NCBI GenBank assembly: GCA_973851085.1
Contig: OZ316775.1
Span: forward strand, 6,510,001 to 6,574,000
Source: Ptychomitrium polyphyllum
Lineage: Eukaryota
Direction of reading: 5' to 3'
Length of the DNA: 64,000 nt
Position numbers and translations under genes: made by a program. Positions within the stretch are counted from its first letter, which is position 1; each line of letters opens with the position of its first letter. The notes under the pieces were generated by a model that saw nothing but the letters and a program-made list of their open reading frames with translations, ran no database searches and was not told the origin of the DNA. Below, in pieces: positions 42,388 to 53,284 of this stretch.

Positions 42388-44739
42388 TGTTAGGGACACA
42401 AGAAACAAGAAGTATAAACGAAGTGTTTCCCAAGAATTAGCTTCCAAAGAACTAATGATTAACAAGAACCTGATACAAAGACTAGAACAAGGCAAGATTC
42501 AAGATGATCCACAACTTGTGTTGGCAAGACTAAAGAATACCTTGTCTTGCCTCCTATTTATACTATGACGTTTGTACCTCCTAGGATACTTCTAAAAAAG
42601 CTTCCTACAAGGCTTAAGAATGTTCTGGAAGTCTAGAGAACCTTCCCAAGAAGTTTCCTAAGATGTTGGAACCTTCCTAGGAGTCTTCCAAAGAGTTGAA
42701 AGCTTCTTCGGAAGTTCCCAGAGGTGATGGAACTTTCCTCAGAATTTACCTAAGATGATAGAACTTTCTTAAGAAGCTTCCTAAGAACATGGAAAGGCTA
42801 TGGCGACATCTAAAAGTATTCTAAGAAGCTATTATAGTATACTACAAGGTTCTAGAATGTTCTAAGGATTATATTGCATGATCTATGTCCGTGACATCAC
42901 CTCCCCATTTAGCGACGAGTTCCATGAGGAGCTCTTTTCTTGGCTTGCTTATCACATTTTTACAAATTCCAAAATATGTTGAAGGAATAAAGCAACATAC
43001 TCTGCTTGTTGTTTTTTGTTCACTGGCTCAACTCGTCCTCGCAAGTAGCGCCAATGGCCACCAGCCAAGACATCTGTTGTTGAAATGTCCCATCCCAAGA
43101 TCTGATCTTGATTAAGTCCTTCAAAACATCCTCCAAACAAAACTTTGGGTCCTCTAGGAGTGCCATTTCCAATTTCTAACAAAATGACTAGAGCGCGAGC
43201 ATCTGAATCAAGACTGGAATGTGAAGGGCGATTAGTCAATACTTCTGCACGAGGTCGTACTCGATGTCGGGATGTCCCTCTCATATCTTGACTAAGATCC
43301 TCCGTTACCAAGGGCTGAAAAAGTTGAGTTGGCTCAACAGATGCTGTTGTTGATGAAGGCATGGCCGACTGCTCTTCACGCATATCCATGATAATACAAA
43401 GATTTGACATACTGGCTAGGATTTAGAAATGATCTATCTTGGAAATAATGTTGCATACAATTGGAGGCTTAAATATCTCTCCTCCCTTCTTATACTTGTC
43501 TATGAAGGAAAAACTTCTCTGTAAAGCTAACGGTTGCTGATGACACATCATCACTGACCTGGTTTCTGAGGATATCTTTGATGAAATTCGCGTACCTTCT
43601 CGGATGCATTTGTTACATTTGTTGAAGGTTCCCATGTTCGGTCATTGATGCCATATCCTTGCCAATGTACAAGGTACTCCACACGTCCGTTTTTAATGCG
43701 TGCATCTAAGATCTCTTCCACTTCATATTCAATTTCATTATCGATTTCCAGCGGAGGAGGCGGAGGGACAATTCTCTCTAGTATACATGATTTGTTATAG
43801 GTTTCCAACAACGATACGTGGAACACTGGATGAATATGCATGCTTGGTGGTAGCTTTAGGCGATAACTAACCGGATTTATTTGTTTGTTGATTTCAAACG
43901 GTCCCAGCCTTTGATAGTCCAACTTCTTTGATGGTCTTTTTGTTTGTATATTTTGTCGTAGGAGCCATACGCTATCTCCAACCTTGAACTTTGGATGGTC
44001 CTTTCGATGGCGATCTGCATAAGTTTTGTAACGATCTTGAGCTTGTTGTAACTGGAAGGTAATTTCTTGATGGATTTTAGCAAGTTGAATTGCAAAATCC
44101 TCTGCTGCAGGGCTTCCAACATGCTTCACTTGAAATGGATTTGCTCAAGGATGATGCCCATAGTTTGCAAAGAATGGACTTTGAGTTGTTGAAGAATGCA
44201 TCGTATTGTTGTAAGCAAATTCTGCCAAATGCAAGAGGTCCATCCAGTTGTCTTGCTGGTAGTTTATGCTACAACAAAGGTACTGCTCCAAAATTTGATT
44301 CACACGTTCCGTTTGGCCATCAGTTTGTGGATGGTGTGCTGAAGAAAGATTGATCTTTACACGCAACAACTAGAATAGAGCCCTCCAAAAGTTGGAAATG
44401 AATTGCGGCCCCTGATTGGATACAATATCATCTGGTAGTCCATGTATGCGGTAGACATGATTTAGGAACAACTTGGCAGTTTCTTCTCCCGTTACCGTCT
44501 TATTGCATAGAATGAAATGTGCCATTTTGGTAAATCGATCCACCACTACCAAAATAGAATCCTTAGAATCGGAATTTGGAAGGTCCGTGATAAAATCCAT
44601 TGATAAAGACAACCATGGGCTCTTTGGCACTGGAAGCGGATGGAGGAGACCATGAGGTTGGTGCCTTGGTACCTTGGCTCTTGCACAAGTGTCGCATGAT
44701 CAAACAAAGTCCTTCACATACTTCCACATTTGAGGCCAT
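42388..44739 (-). mobile_element. 3' part (integrase, chromodomain, extra ORF, PPT, 3' LTR) of the outer minus-strand chromovirus
   Basis: 3' LTR at 42388-42896, PPT, and integrase/chromodomain ORFs at 43551-44630. It is the mirror image of 48635-50985 (coordinates sum to 93373). Left TSD AAGTA at 42383-42387. Confidence 0.95.
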
Positions 44740-45176
44740 TGTCACGGACATAGATCATGCAACATAGTCCTTAGAACATTCTAGAACCTTCTAGTATACT
44801 ATAATTGCTTCTTAGAATACTTTTAGATGTCGCCATAACCTTCCCAAATTCTTAGGAAGCTTCCTAGGAAAGTTCTTCCACCATAGGAAACTTCCAAGGA
44901 AGGTTTTATTATTTTAAGTAACATCTTAGGAAACTTCCTACAAAGATTCCATCATCTTAGGAAACTTCCTAGGAAGGTTCCAACTCCTTGGAAGACTCTT
45001 AGGAAGGTTCCAACTCCTTGGAAGACTCTTAGGAAGGTTCCAACATCTTAGGAAACTTCTTGGGAAGGTTCTCTAGACTTCCAGAACCTTCTTAAGCCTT
45101 ATAGGAAGCTTTTTTAGAAGTATCCTAGGAGATACAAACGTCATAGTATAAAGAAGAGGCAAGACAAGGTATTCCT

Positions 45177-45333
45177 TAGTCTTGCCAATACAAGTTGTGG
45201 ATCATCTTGAGTCCTGCCTTGTTCTAGTCTTTGTATCAAGTTCTTATTAATCATTAGTTCTTTGGAAGCTAATTCTTGGGAAACACTTCGTTTCTGTTTC
45301 TTGTTTCTTGTGTTCCTAACAATTTGGCAAAAC
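45177..45333 (+). promoter_or_regulatory. Predicted transcript start and complementary (self-priming) primer-binding site
   Basis: TAGTCTTGCCAA lies 30 nt downstream of TATAAA (45147). The sequence just 3' of the LTR is TTGGCAAAAC here and TTGGCAAGACTA in the 22607 copy, which is its reverse complement. Confidence 0.7.
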
Positions 45334-48300
45334 AGCTCTTCATCTCTGTCAGAGCTAAGGTTCTTTGAAGAAGATTGTAGACTACCCATCTTGTTTAAAA
45401 TTCCATAGCGTCTTAGAGGTTGCGGATTACCGTCCTCTAAGCTGGCACCATAGAATTGGTTTTTCCTTCTAGAATCAAGTATTACTTCTTTCAAAGGACG
45501 TGGATTTTCCTCCTTGGAAGGTACTCATAGTTTTCTTGTCTTTGAGAGTCTTAAGAAATGGATAACGTGCCTGGAACATCAGAGAATAGGTTTGCAACTA
45601 TTGCAGACCTTTAAGAATAATTAAATACAGTTCGAACGGAACTTGCTTGTTTTAATACCACCAACAATTTGGAGCAACACACTCGGCAAAATGAAGAATC
45701 CAATGGTGATATTCAAAGCCTATATCAAGAAGTTGTTCGATTGCGAGAGGCCAATATTAGAAGGGAAGGCTTCCGTCGAACCCATACAGAGCCAAAGATT
45801 AGCATGCCAGATAAAATCAATGGATCAAGATCAAAATTAAGAGGCTTTGTTCAACAAGTAAGACTCTTCTTTAATTTGCATCAATCTTGCTATCCTGATG
45901 GCATGATTTAAGTGGGATTTGTGGCCACTCTTTTATCAAACAATGCACTATTGTGGTTTGCACCCCTAATGGAGAAGCAGTCACCATTATTGAACAACTT
46001 AGATGCATTCATAAAAGCATTGACATCTACTTTTGGAGGCACCGATCGAGAGAGGGTGGCTGAGACAAGGATCCAGAGTCTCCAACAAGGGCAGCGCTCA
46101 GCTGCTACATATGCTGCAGAGTTTCGACAATTAGCTTGCGACCTTGATTGGAATGATAAAACCTTGGTCACACGATTTCAATGGAACTTAAGACAGAATG
46201 TCAAGGACTTGCTACTCACAATGCCAAGAGTTGAAACATTGGACGAATTCATCACTCAGGAAATAGCATGTGATAACAGTCTATTTGAGAGGCACCAAGA
46301 ACAACGCTTGGGATGGCGACCAGTACATCAAAGGATGGCTATTACTTCTTCAAGAGTATCAAAAAGTCAACTACAAGGACCACAACCTATGCAAATTGAT
46401 GCTGCCCGATTCAGACGCTTGACTCCAGAACAAAAAGAAAGGCGTCAAAGAGAATACCTATACTTGTATTGTGGCAAGTCTGGACATAAAGTACGCGATT
46501 GCCAAATTAAATGCGTGATTGTGAAAAAATGGTGCTCGTGAAGAAAAACTATCTCGCACCTGTTGAAGTTATTGATGGACGATCTCTTGGGTCTGGCAAC
46601 GTTATTGAAGAAACTCAACCCTTGGAGGTTGTTTTAGGAGACCAGGCATCTAAAATAGTCTTCAACATCATTCAATGCCAAACAAATCCTATTGTTTTGA
46701 GCCTTTCTTGGTTTGAATTACATAATCCAAACATTGACTGGCGCTCACGGAGTGTGGTCTCAAGGAAAAGACACCAAGGTATGAAAAATCTTGGACCATC
46801 ATTTATTAGAGCTAAGGCATTTATGAGAACGGCAAAGGATGAACCAATCTATGCTGTTTATGCCCCGCTAATGTCTAGCTCAATAATAGAGACTAATCAA
46901 AACATACCTCGTCAATATCAAGGTTATAAAGACGTTTTTAAAAAGAAGAATGTGGACATGTTACCAAAGCATCATCCTTACGACTGTACCATTGAGCTGC
47001 AAGAAGGAGCCCAACCAGCTTTTGGACCTATTTATAACTTATCACAAACTGAGTTGACTGCCTTGAGAGATTATATTGATGAAAACCTCGGAAAGGGTTT
47101 CATTCAACACTCTAAATCACCACTTGGAGCACCCATTCTGTTTGTAAAGAAGAAAGATGGATCATTACGTATGTGCGTGGACTATCGAGGCCTCAACAAA
47201 GTAACAAAATAGAATCGCTATCCATTACCATTAATCTAAGGACTCCTACAACAACTTGGCCAAGTAAAGATATTCACCAAAATTGATCTTAGAGGAGCCT
47301 ACAATCTTGTACGCATCAAAGCAGGAAACGAATGGAAGACAGCTTTTTGATCTAGGTATGGTCATTTTGAATACAATGTCATGCCTTTTGGCCTTACTAA
47401 TGCCCCCGCGGTCTTCTAGCATATGATGAATGATATCTTCCATGAACATCTGGATGATTTTGTAATCGTCTACTTAGATGATATTTTGATATATTCAAAG
47501 GATAAACAAGACCACGAATGTCATGTGCAATTAGCCATAAAAAAACTACGCGAGTGGGGATTATATGCCAAATTGGAGAAGTGCCTTTTCCATGAATCCT
47601 CGGTTGAATTTTTAGGCTACATCATTTCCAATGGAGGAATCCATATGGATAAGAAGAAAATAAGCACTGTCATGGAGTGGAGTACGCCAAGATCAGTTCA
47701 AGATGTTTAATGCTTCTTGGGATTTGCAAACTTCTATGAAATATTCATCACGAATTATTCCAAGATTGCGGCACCATTAACACGTCTTACGGGGAAGCAA
47801 ATTTTCATTTGGGATGAAGAGGCAAAAAAAGCATTTCAAAGTCTTAAGAAGTCATTCACGTCGGCTCCAATTCTAATTCATCCAAATCCATCAAAGCCTT
47901 TTTATTTGGAAGCGGATGCCTCAGATTTTGCGCTTGGCTCAGTACTCTCACAATATAATGAAGATGGGAGACTTCATCCTCTTGCCTTTCGTTCAAGGTA
48001 GTTCTCAGCGGCAGAGATCAATTATGATATACATGATAAAGAACTACTTGCAATTGTGGATGCGTTTGAAAAATGGCAACACTTATTGGAAGGGGCTCAA
48101 CATACCATCACAATATACACAGACCACAAGAACTTGGAGTATTTCATAAGTGCGCGTGTTTTGAATCGCCGTCAAGCAAGGTGGAATATGTTGCTTTCTA
48201 GATTTGACTTTGTCATTACCTATCAATCTGGTAGCTTGTAAGGTAAGCCAGATGCCTTATTTCGAAGATCTTATTTAGCTCCTCAACCTGGAGATGATGT

Positions 48301-49859
48301 TTTGAGTCAACAAAGGACTATTTTATTGAAGCCTGAGAATCTTCAATTGAAAGCAGCCATTATTATGACAACATCTCATCTTGACAAAATTCGGAAGGCT
48401 TTAAAGAATGACATCTTTGTTTCAAATATAAAAAAGCGCCTCAAAGACAATGGAAATCCTTCAAATAGCAATGAGGATTTTGAAATCCATGAGGGCTTAC
48501 TTTATTACAAAGGAATTTTGTACCTACCTCCAAGCCCTTTGCGGTTGAAGATCCTACAAGCACGTCATGATTTTCCAACAGCAAGACATTTAGGATTCAA
48601 TAAAACAATAAAATTGATTGCTAGAGACTACGGGTGGCCACAAATGTGGAAGTATGTGAAGGACTTTGTTTGATCATGCGACACTTGTGCAAGAGCCAAG
48701 GTACCAAGGCACCAACCTCATGGTCTCCTCCATCCGCTTCCAGTGCCAAAGAGCCCATGGTTGTCTTTATCAATGGATTTTATCACGGACCTTCCAAATT
48801 CCGATTCTAAGGATTCTATTTTGGTAGTGGTGGATCGATTTACCAAAATGGCACATTTCATTCTATGCAATAAGACGGTAACGGGAGAAGAAACTGCCAA
48901 GTTGTTCCTAAATCATGTCTACCGCATACATGGACTACCAGATGATATTGTATCCAATCAGGGGCCGCAATTCATTTCCAACTTTTGGAGGGCTCTATTC
49001 TAGTTGTTGCGTGTAAAGATCAATCTTTCTTCAGCACACCATCCACAAACTGATGGCCAAACGGAACGTGTGAATCAAATTTTGGAGCAGTACCTTTGTT
49101 GTAGCATAAACTACCAGCAAGACAACTGGATGGACCTCTTGCATTTGGCAGAATTTGCTTACAACAATACGATGCATTCTTCAACAACTCAAAGTCCATT
49201 CTTTGCAAACTATGGGCATCATCCTTGAGCAAATCCATTTCAAGTGAAGCATGTTGGAAGCCCTGCAGCAGAGGATTTTGCAATTCAACTTGCTAAAATC
49301 CATCAAGAAATTACCTTCCAGTTACAACAAGCTCAAGATCGTTACAAAACTTATGCAGATCGCCATCGAAAGGACCATCCAAAGTTCAAGGTTGGAGATA
49401 GCGTATGGCTCCTACGACAAAATATACAAACAAAAAGACCATCAAAGAAGTTGGACTATCAAAGGCTGGGACCGTTTGAAATCAACAAACAAATAAATCC
49501 GGTTAGTTATCGCCTAAAGCTACCACCAAGCATGCATATTCATCCAGTGTTCCACGTATCGTTGTTGGAAACCTATAACAAATCATGTATACTAGAGAGA
49601 ATTGTCCCTCCGCCTCCTCCGCTGGAAATCGATAATGAAATTGAATATGAAGTGGAAGAGATCTTAGATGCACGCATTAAAAACGGACGTGTGGAGTACC
49701 TTGTACATTGGCAAGGATATGGCATCAATGACCGAACATGGGAACCTTCAACAAATGTAACAAATGCATCCGAGAAGGTACGCGAATTTCATCAAAGATA
49801 TCCTCAGAAACCAGGTCAGTGATGATGTGTCATCAGCAACCGTTAGCTTTACAGAGAAG

Positions 49860-50421
49860 TTTTTCCTTCATAGACAAGTATAAGAAGGGAGGAGAGATAT
49901 TTAAGCCTCCAATTGTATGCAACATTATTTCCAAGATAGATCATTTCTAAATCCTAGCCAGTATGTCAAATCTTTGTATTATCATGGATATGCGTGAAGA
50001 GCAGTCGGCCATGCCTTCATCAACAACAGCATCTGTTGAGCCAACTCAACTTTTTCAGCCCTTGGTAACGGAGGATCTTAGTCAAGATATGAGAGGGACA
50101 TCCCGACATCGAGTACGACCTCGTGCAGAAGTATTGACTAATCGCCCTTCACATTCCAGTCTTGATTCAGATGCTCGCGCTCTAGTCATTTTGTTAGAAA
50201 TTGGAAATGGCACTCCTAGAGGACCCAAAGTTTTGTTTGGAGGATGTTTTGAAGGACTTAATCAAGATCAGATCTTGGGATGGGACATTTCAACAACAGA
50301 TGTCTTGGCTGGTGGCCATTGGCGCTACTTGCGAGGACGAGTTGAGCCAGTGAACAAAAAACAACAAGCAGAGTATGTTGCTTTATTCCTTCAACATATT
50401 TTGGAATTTGTAAAAATGTGA
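49860..50421 (+). pseudogene. Extra ORF between chromodomain and PPT, unknown function (mirror copy ~42952-43513 minus; homolog ~26690-27245)
   Basis: The 152-aa ORF at 49963-50421 is in frame with the upstream IDKYKKGGEIFKPPIVCNIISKIDHF*. The corresponding codon is open (IDHIHIL) in the 22607 element. Confidence 0.5.
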
Positions 50422-50985
50422 TAAGCAAGCCAAGAAAAGAGCTCCTCATGGAACTCGTCGCTAAATGGGGAGGTGATGTCACGGACATAGATCATGCAAT
50501 ATAATCCTTAGAACATTCTAGAACCTTGTAGTATACTATAATAGCTTCTTAGAATACTTTTAGATGTCGCCATAGCCTTTCCATGTTCTTAGGAAGCTTC
50601 TTAAGAAAGTTCTATCATCTTAGGTAAATTCTGAGGAAAGTTCCATCACCTCTGGGAACTTCCGAAGAAGCTTTCAACTCTTTGGAAGACTCCTAGGAAG
50701 GTTCCAACATCTTAGGAAACTTCTTGGGAAGGTTCTCTAGACTTCCAGAACATTCTTAAGCCTTGTAGGAAGCTTTTTTAGAAGTATCCTAGGAGGTACA
50801 AACGTCATAGTATAAATAGGAGGCAAGACAAGGTATTCTTTAGTCTTGCCAACACAAGTTGTGGATCATCTTGAATCTTGCCTTGTTCTAGTCTTTGTAT
50901 CAGGTTCTTGTTAATCATTAGTTCTTTGGAAGCTAATTCTTGGGAAACACTTCGTTTCTGCTTCTTGTTTCTTGTGTCCCTAACA

Positions 50986-51045
50986 ATATACTAGAAGGTT
51001 CTAGAATGTTCTAAGGACTATGTTGCATGATCTATGTCCGTGACA
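50986..51045 (-). mobile_element. First 60 nt of the 5' LTR of the outer minus-strand chromovirus
   Basis: Reverse complement of TGTCACGGACATAGATCATGCAACATAGTCC..., 59/60 identical to 44740-44799. It is followed by the right TSD AAGTA at 51046-51050. Confidence 0.92.
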
Positions 51046-51663
51046 AAGTAGACCTTAATACTACAAATTAGCCCTTATTTGGATCCAAATGTGTACTTTT
51101 ACACCTCAACCACTACTTATATCAAGTGGTGCACAATAATACTTAATGCATTCAAACTAGCTCCTTCTGGACTCAAATCATATAATCAAGGAATTCAAGC
51201 ACTCAATACAAAATTTACAAGGCCAAAGTGTACTTCCAAAACACCTCTAATGTGCTAAGCTTCTTCAATCGCCTCCAAACAAGAACTTGAGCACCTCCAA
51301 AGCTCGTATCACTTCCAAAGCTTGTATCACCTCCAAACACAAATGCAATCGAAATGTCAACCCACTTAACATGCAAGTGTGGAGCCATAACCTATTGAGA
51401 AATAATAAGAAAAGAAAGAAAATTGCACAAACACAATACACAAGGTATGGAATCACTACTTGAAGTGAGATTCCAACTCCACTCCTTGCTTTGCCGTTTA
51501 TTCTTTTCAAACTACATGAATCTTACAATCAATATGGACTAATTCTTCAACATACTATTTCAACCATTATGGATTTATTCTGACACTTTCCATTTTATTA
51601 ACTCTATCCGACACTAACTCTAAGACTACGAGCAACCTAATGCTCTAATTTCCAACAATCCTT

Positions 51664-52022
51664 TATTACAGACAGAGTAACAATAAGACAAGGCTTAAGG
51701 ATTTTAGAATATAAAATAAGACATGTCTAAGGTATATTAGAAGTAAAGAATTATAACAAAGTACAAAGACAAGGCTAGAAGCTGTGAGTTAAACCACAAA
51801 GAGATGGATTGTTGAAATTAAAGATGCTTTCAACCTTGATTCCTATATATATTAGAACTACAAACCTAAGAAACGTCTTGAGAAGCTTCTAGTACATTGC
51901 TTGTACTCAAGCAACCACAAGTTGCTTCTTTGGAAGCTTCATAAGCCAGGATAATTTCCTTGAAAGTTTTCTAAACCTTCTAAAAGCCTTTCTAGATGCT
52001 TCTATTATATATGTCAGTGACA
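51664..52022 (-). mobile_element. Solo LTR related to the LTRs of the 11158-18411 element
   Basis: Ends GTGACA, is flanked by CCTT(T) on both sides, and shares blocks (caaccttgattcctatat, gcttgtactcaag) with 11158-11514 and 18221-18411. Confidence 0.7.
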
Positions 52023-52639
52023 CCTTTGGCTAATAAGGGTCAAGGAAAATAAGACATAAGGAAACTTTAAATAGCTATGGTTTGGCCGGTACCATTTTAA
52101 AGTCTTCAACTACCTACCATAATATAATGCCATTTCCAACTAACTATGAACCTAAGGCCTTTTTTCAACATAACAATTAATTACTTCATGAACTAGAATA
52201 TGGACAAGAACACACAAAAATAACATCAATCTAAATGAACTCTAAAACTCAACAAATAAACACATAAGTTCTTACTTTTAACCACTAATTGACCCACATC
52301 ACAACAACATCCTACACTTTTTCTTCTTTGCCACTTTCACAACAACCTTCAGAGCATCCAATGTGTTATTAATATTCTCCTCTTTAATCAACAAAAAGTA
52401 GTTCAAATACTATAGCTTAGCTTATAGATACAAAAGATACCACTTCCGTACTTGCATCAAAGTATATACACAAGGAGCACAAGTTTTATCTATCGAAAAA
52501 GATAAGATATAGTAGCAAGGCTTGCAAAAAGATAGCTTATCTAGTCACCGATTTCCTTTGTAGGCACCTAATTAAAAAAATTATAAATTTTTTAAGGGAC
52601 AAAGAAAACAAAGAAAGATGTCAAAAATAAAATTAAAAA

Positions 52640-53284
52640 TGTCACGGGCATAGATCATGCAATATAGTCCTTAGAACATTCTAAAACCTTCTAGTATACT
52701 ATAATAGCTTCTTAGAATACTTTTAAATGTCTCCATAGCCTTTCCATGTTCTTAGGAAGCTTCTTAGGAAAGTTCCTTTATTTTAGGAAATTTCCTAGGA
52801 AGGTTCTATCATCTTCGGTAAATTATGAGGAAACTTCTTATGAAAATTCCATCACCTCAGGAAACTTCCTAAGAAGGTTCCATCATCTTATGAAACTTCC
52901 TAGGAAGGTTCTACCTCTTTAGGAAACTTTCTAAGAAGGTTCCGCTACCTTAGGAAACTTCCAAGGAAGGTTCCAACTCTTTGGAAGCCTCTTAGGAAGG
53001 TTCCAACATCTTAGGAAACTTCTTGGGAAGGTTCCCTAGACTTCAAGAACATTCTTAAGCCTTGTAAGAAGCTTCTTTAGAAGTATCTTAGGAAATATAA
53101 ATGTCATAGTATAAATTAGAGGCAAGACAAGGTATTCTTTAGTCTTGCCAACACAAGTTGTGGATCATCTTGAATCCTGCCTTGTTCTAGTCTTTGTATC
53201 AAGTTCTTGTTAATCATTAGTTCTTTGGAAGCTAATTCTTGGGAAACACTTCGTTTCTGCTTCTTGTTTTTTGTATCCCTAATA
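52640..53284 (+). mobile_element. Solo LTR (645 bp) of the RLG1/Tcn1-like chromovirus family
   Basis: TGTCACGG...CCCTAATA, colinear with 50477-50985 but with more internal repeat units. AAAAA on both flanks, with no PBS or PPT adjacent. Confidence 0.92.

Larger units (their letters stand above)
44740..50985 (+). mobile_element. Near full-length Ty3/Gypsy chromovirus (RLG1/Tcn1-like), non-functional
   Basis: 5' LTR 44740-45321, 3' LTR 50477-50985 and PPT at 50467-50476. Gag starts at 45558 (YCGKSGHKVRDC). RT ([26 protein letters not shown]), RNase H ([17 protein letters not shown]), integrase ([22 protein letters not shown]) and chromodomain ([20 protein letters not shown]) follow. There are multiple in-frame stops and the protease active site is deleted. 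No own TSD (GCCAT / ATATA). Confidence 0.97.

Noticed and set aside
44850..45060. ~30-bp repeat array resembling a CRISPR array (also 52750-53030)
   Set aside because: Degenerate head-to-tail repeats without unique spacers, inside eukaryotic LTRs, with no cas genes.
51050..52240. Possible Copia leader/PBS (gctctaatttcca ~51642) and second gag-start-like fragment (~52120)
   Set aside because: Matches are too degenerate to define the Copia 5' LTR or PBS.
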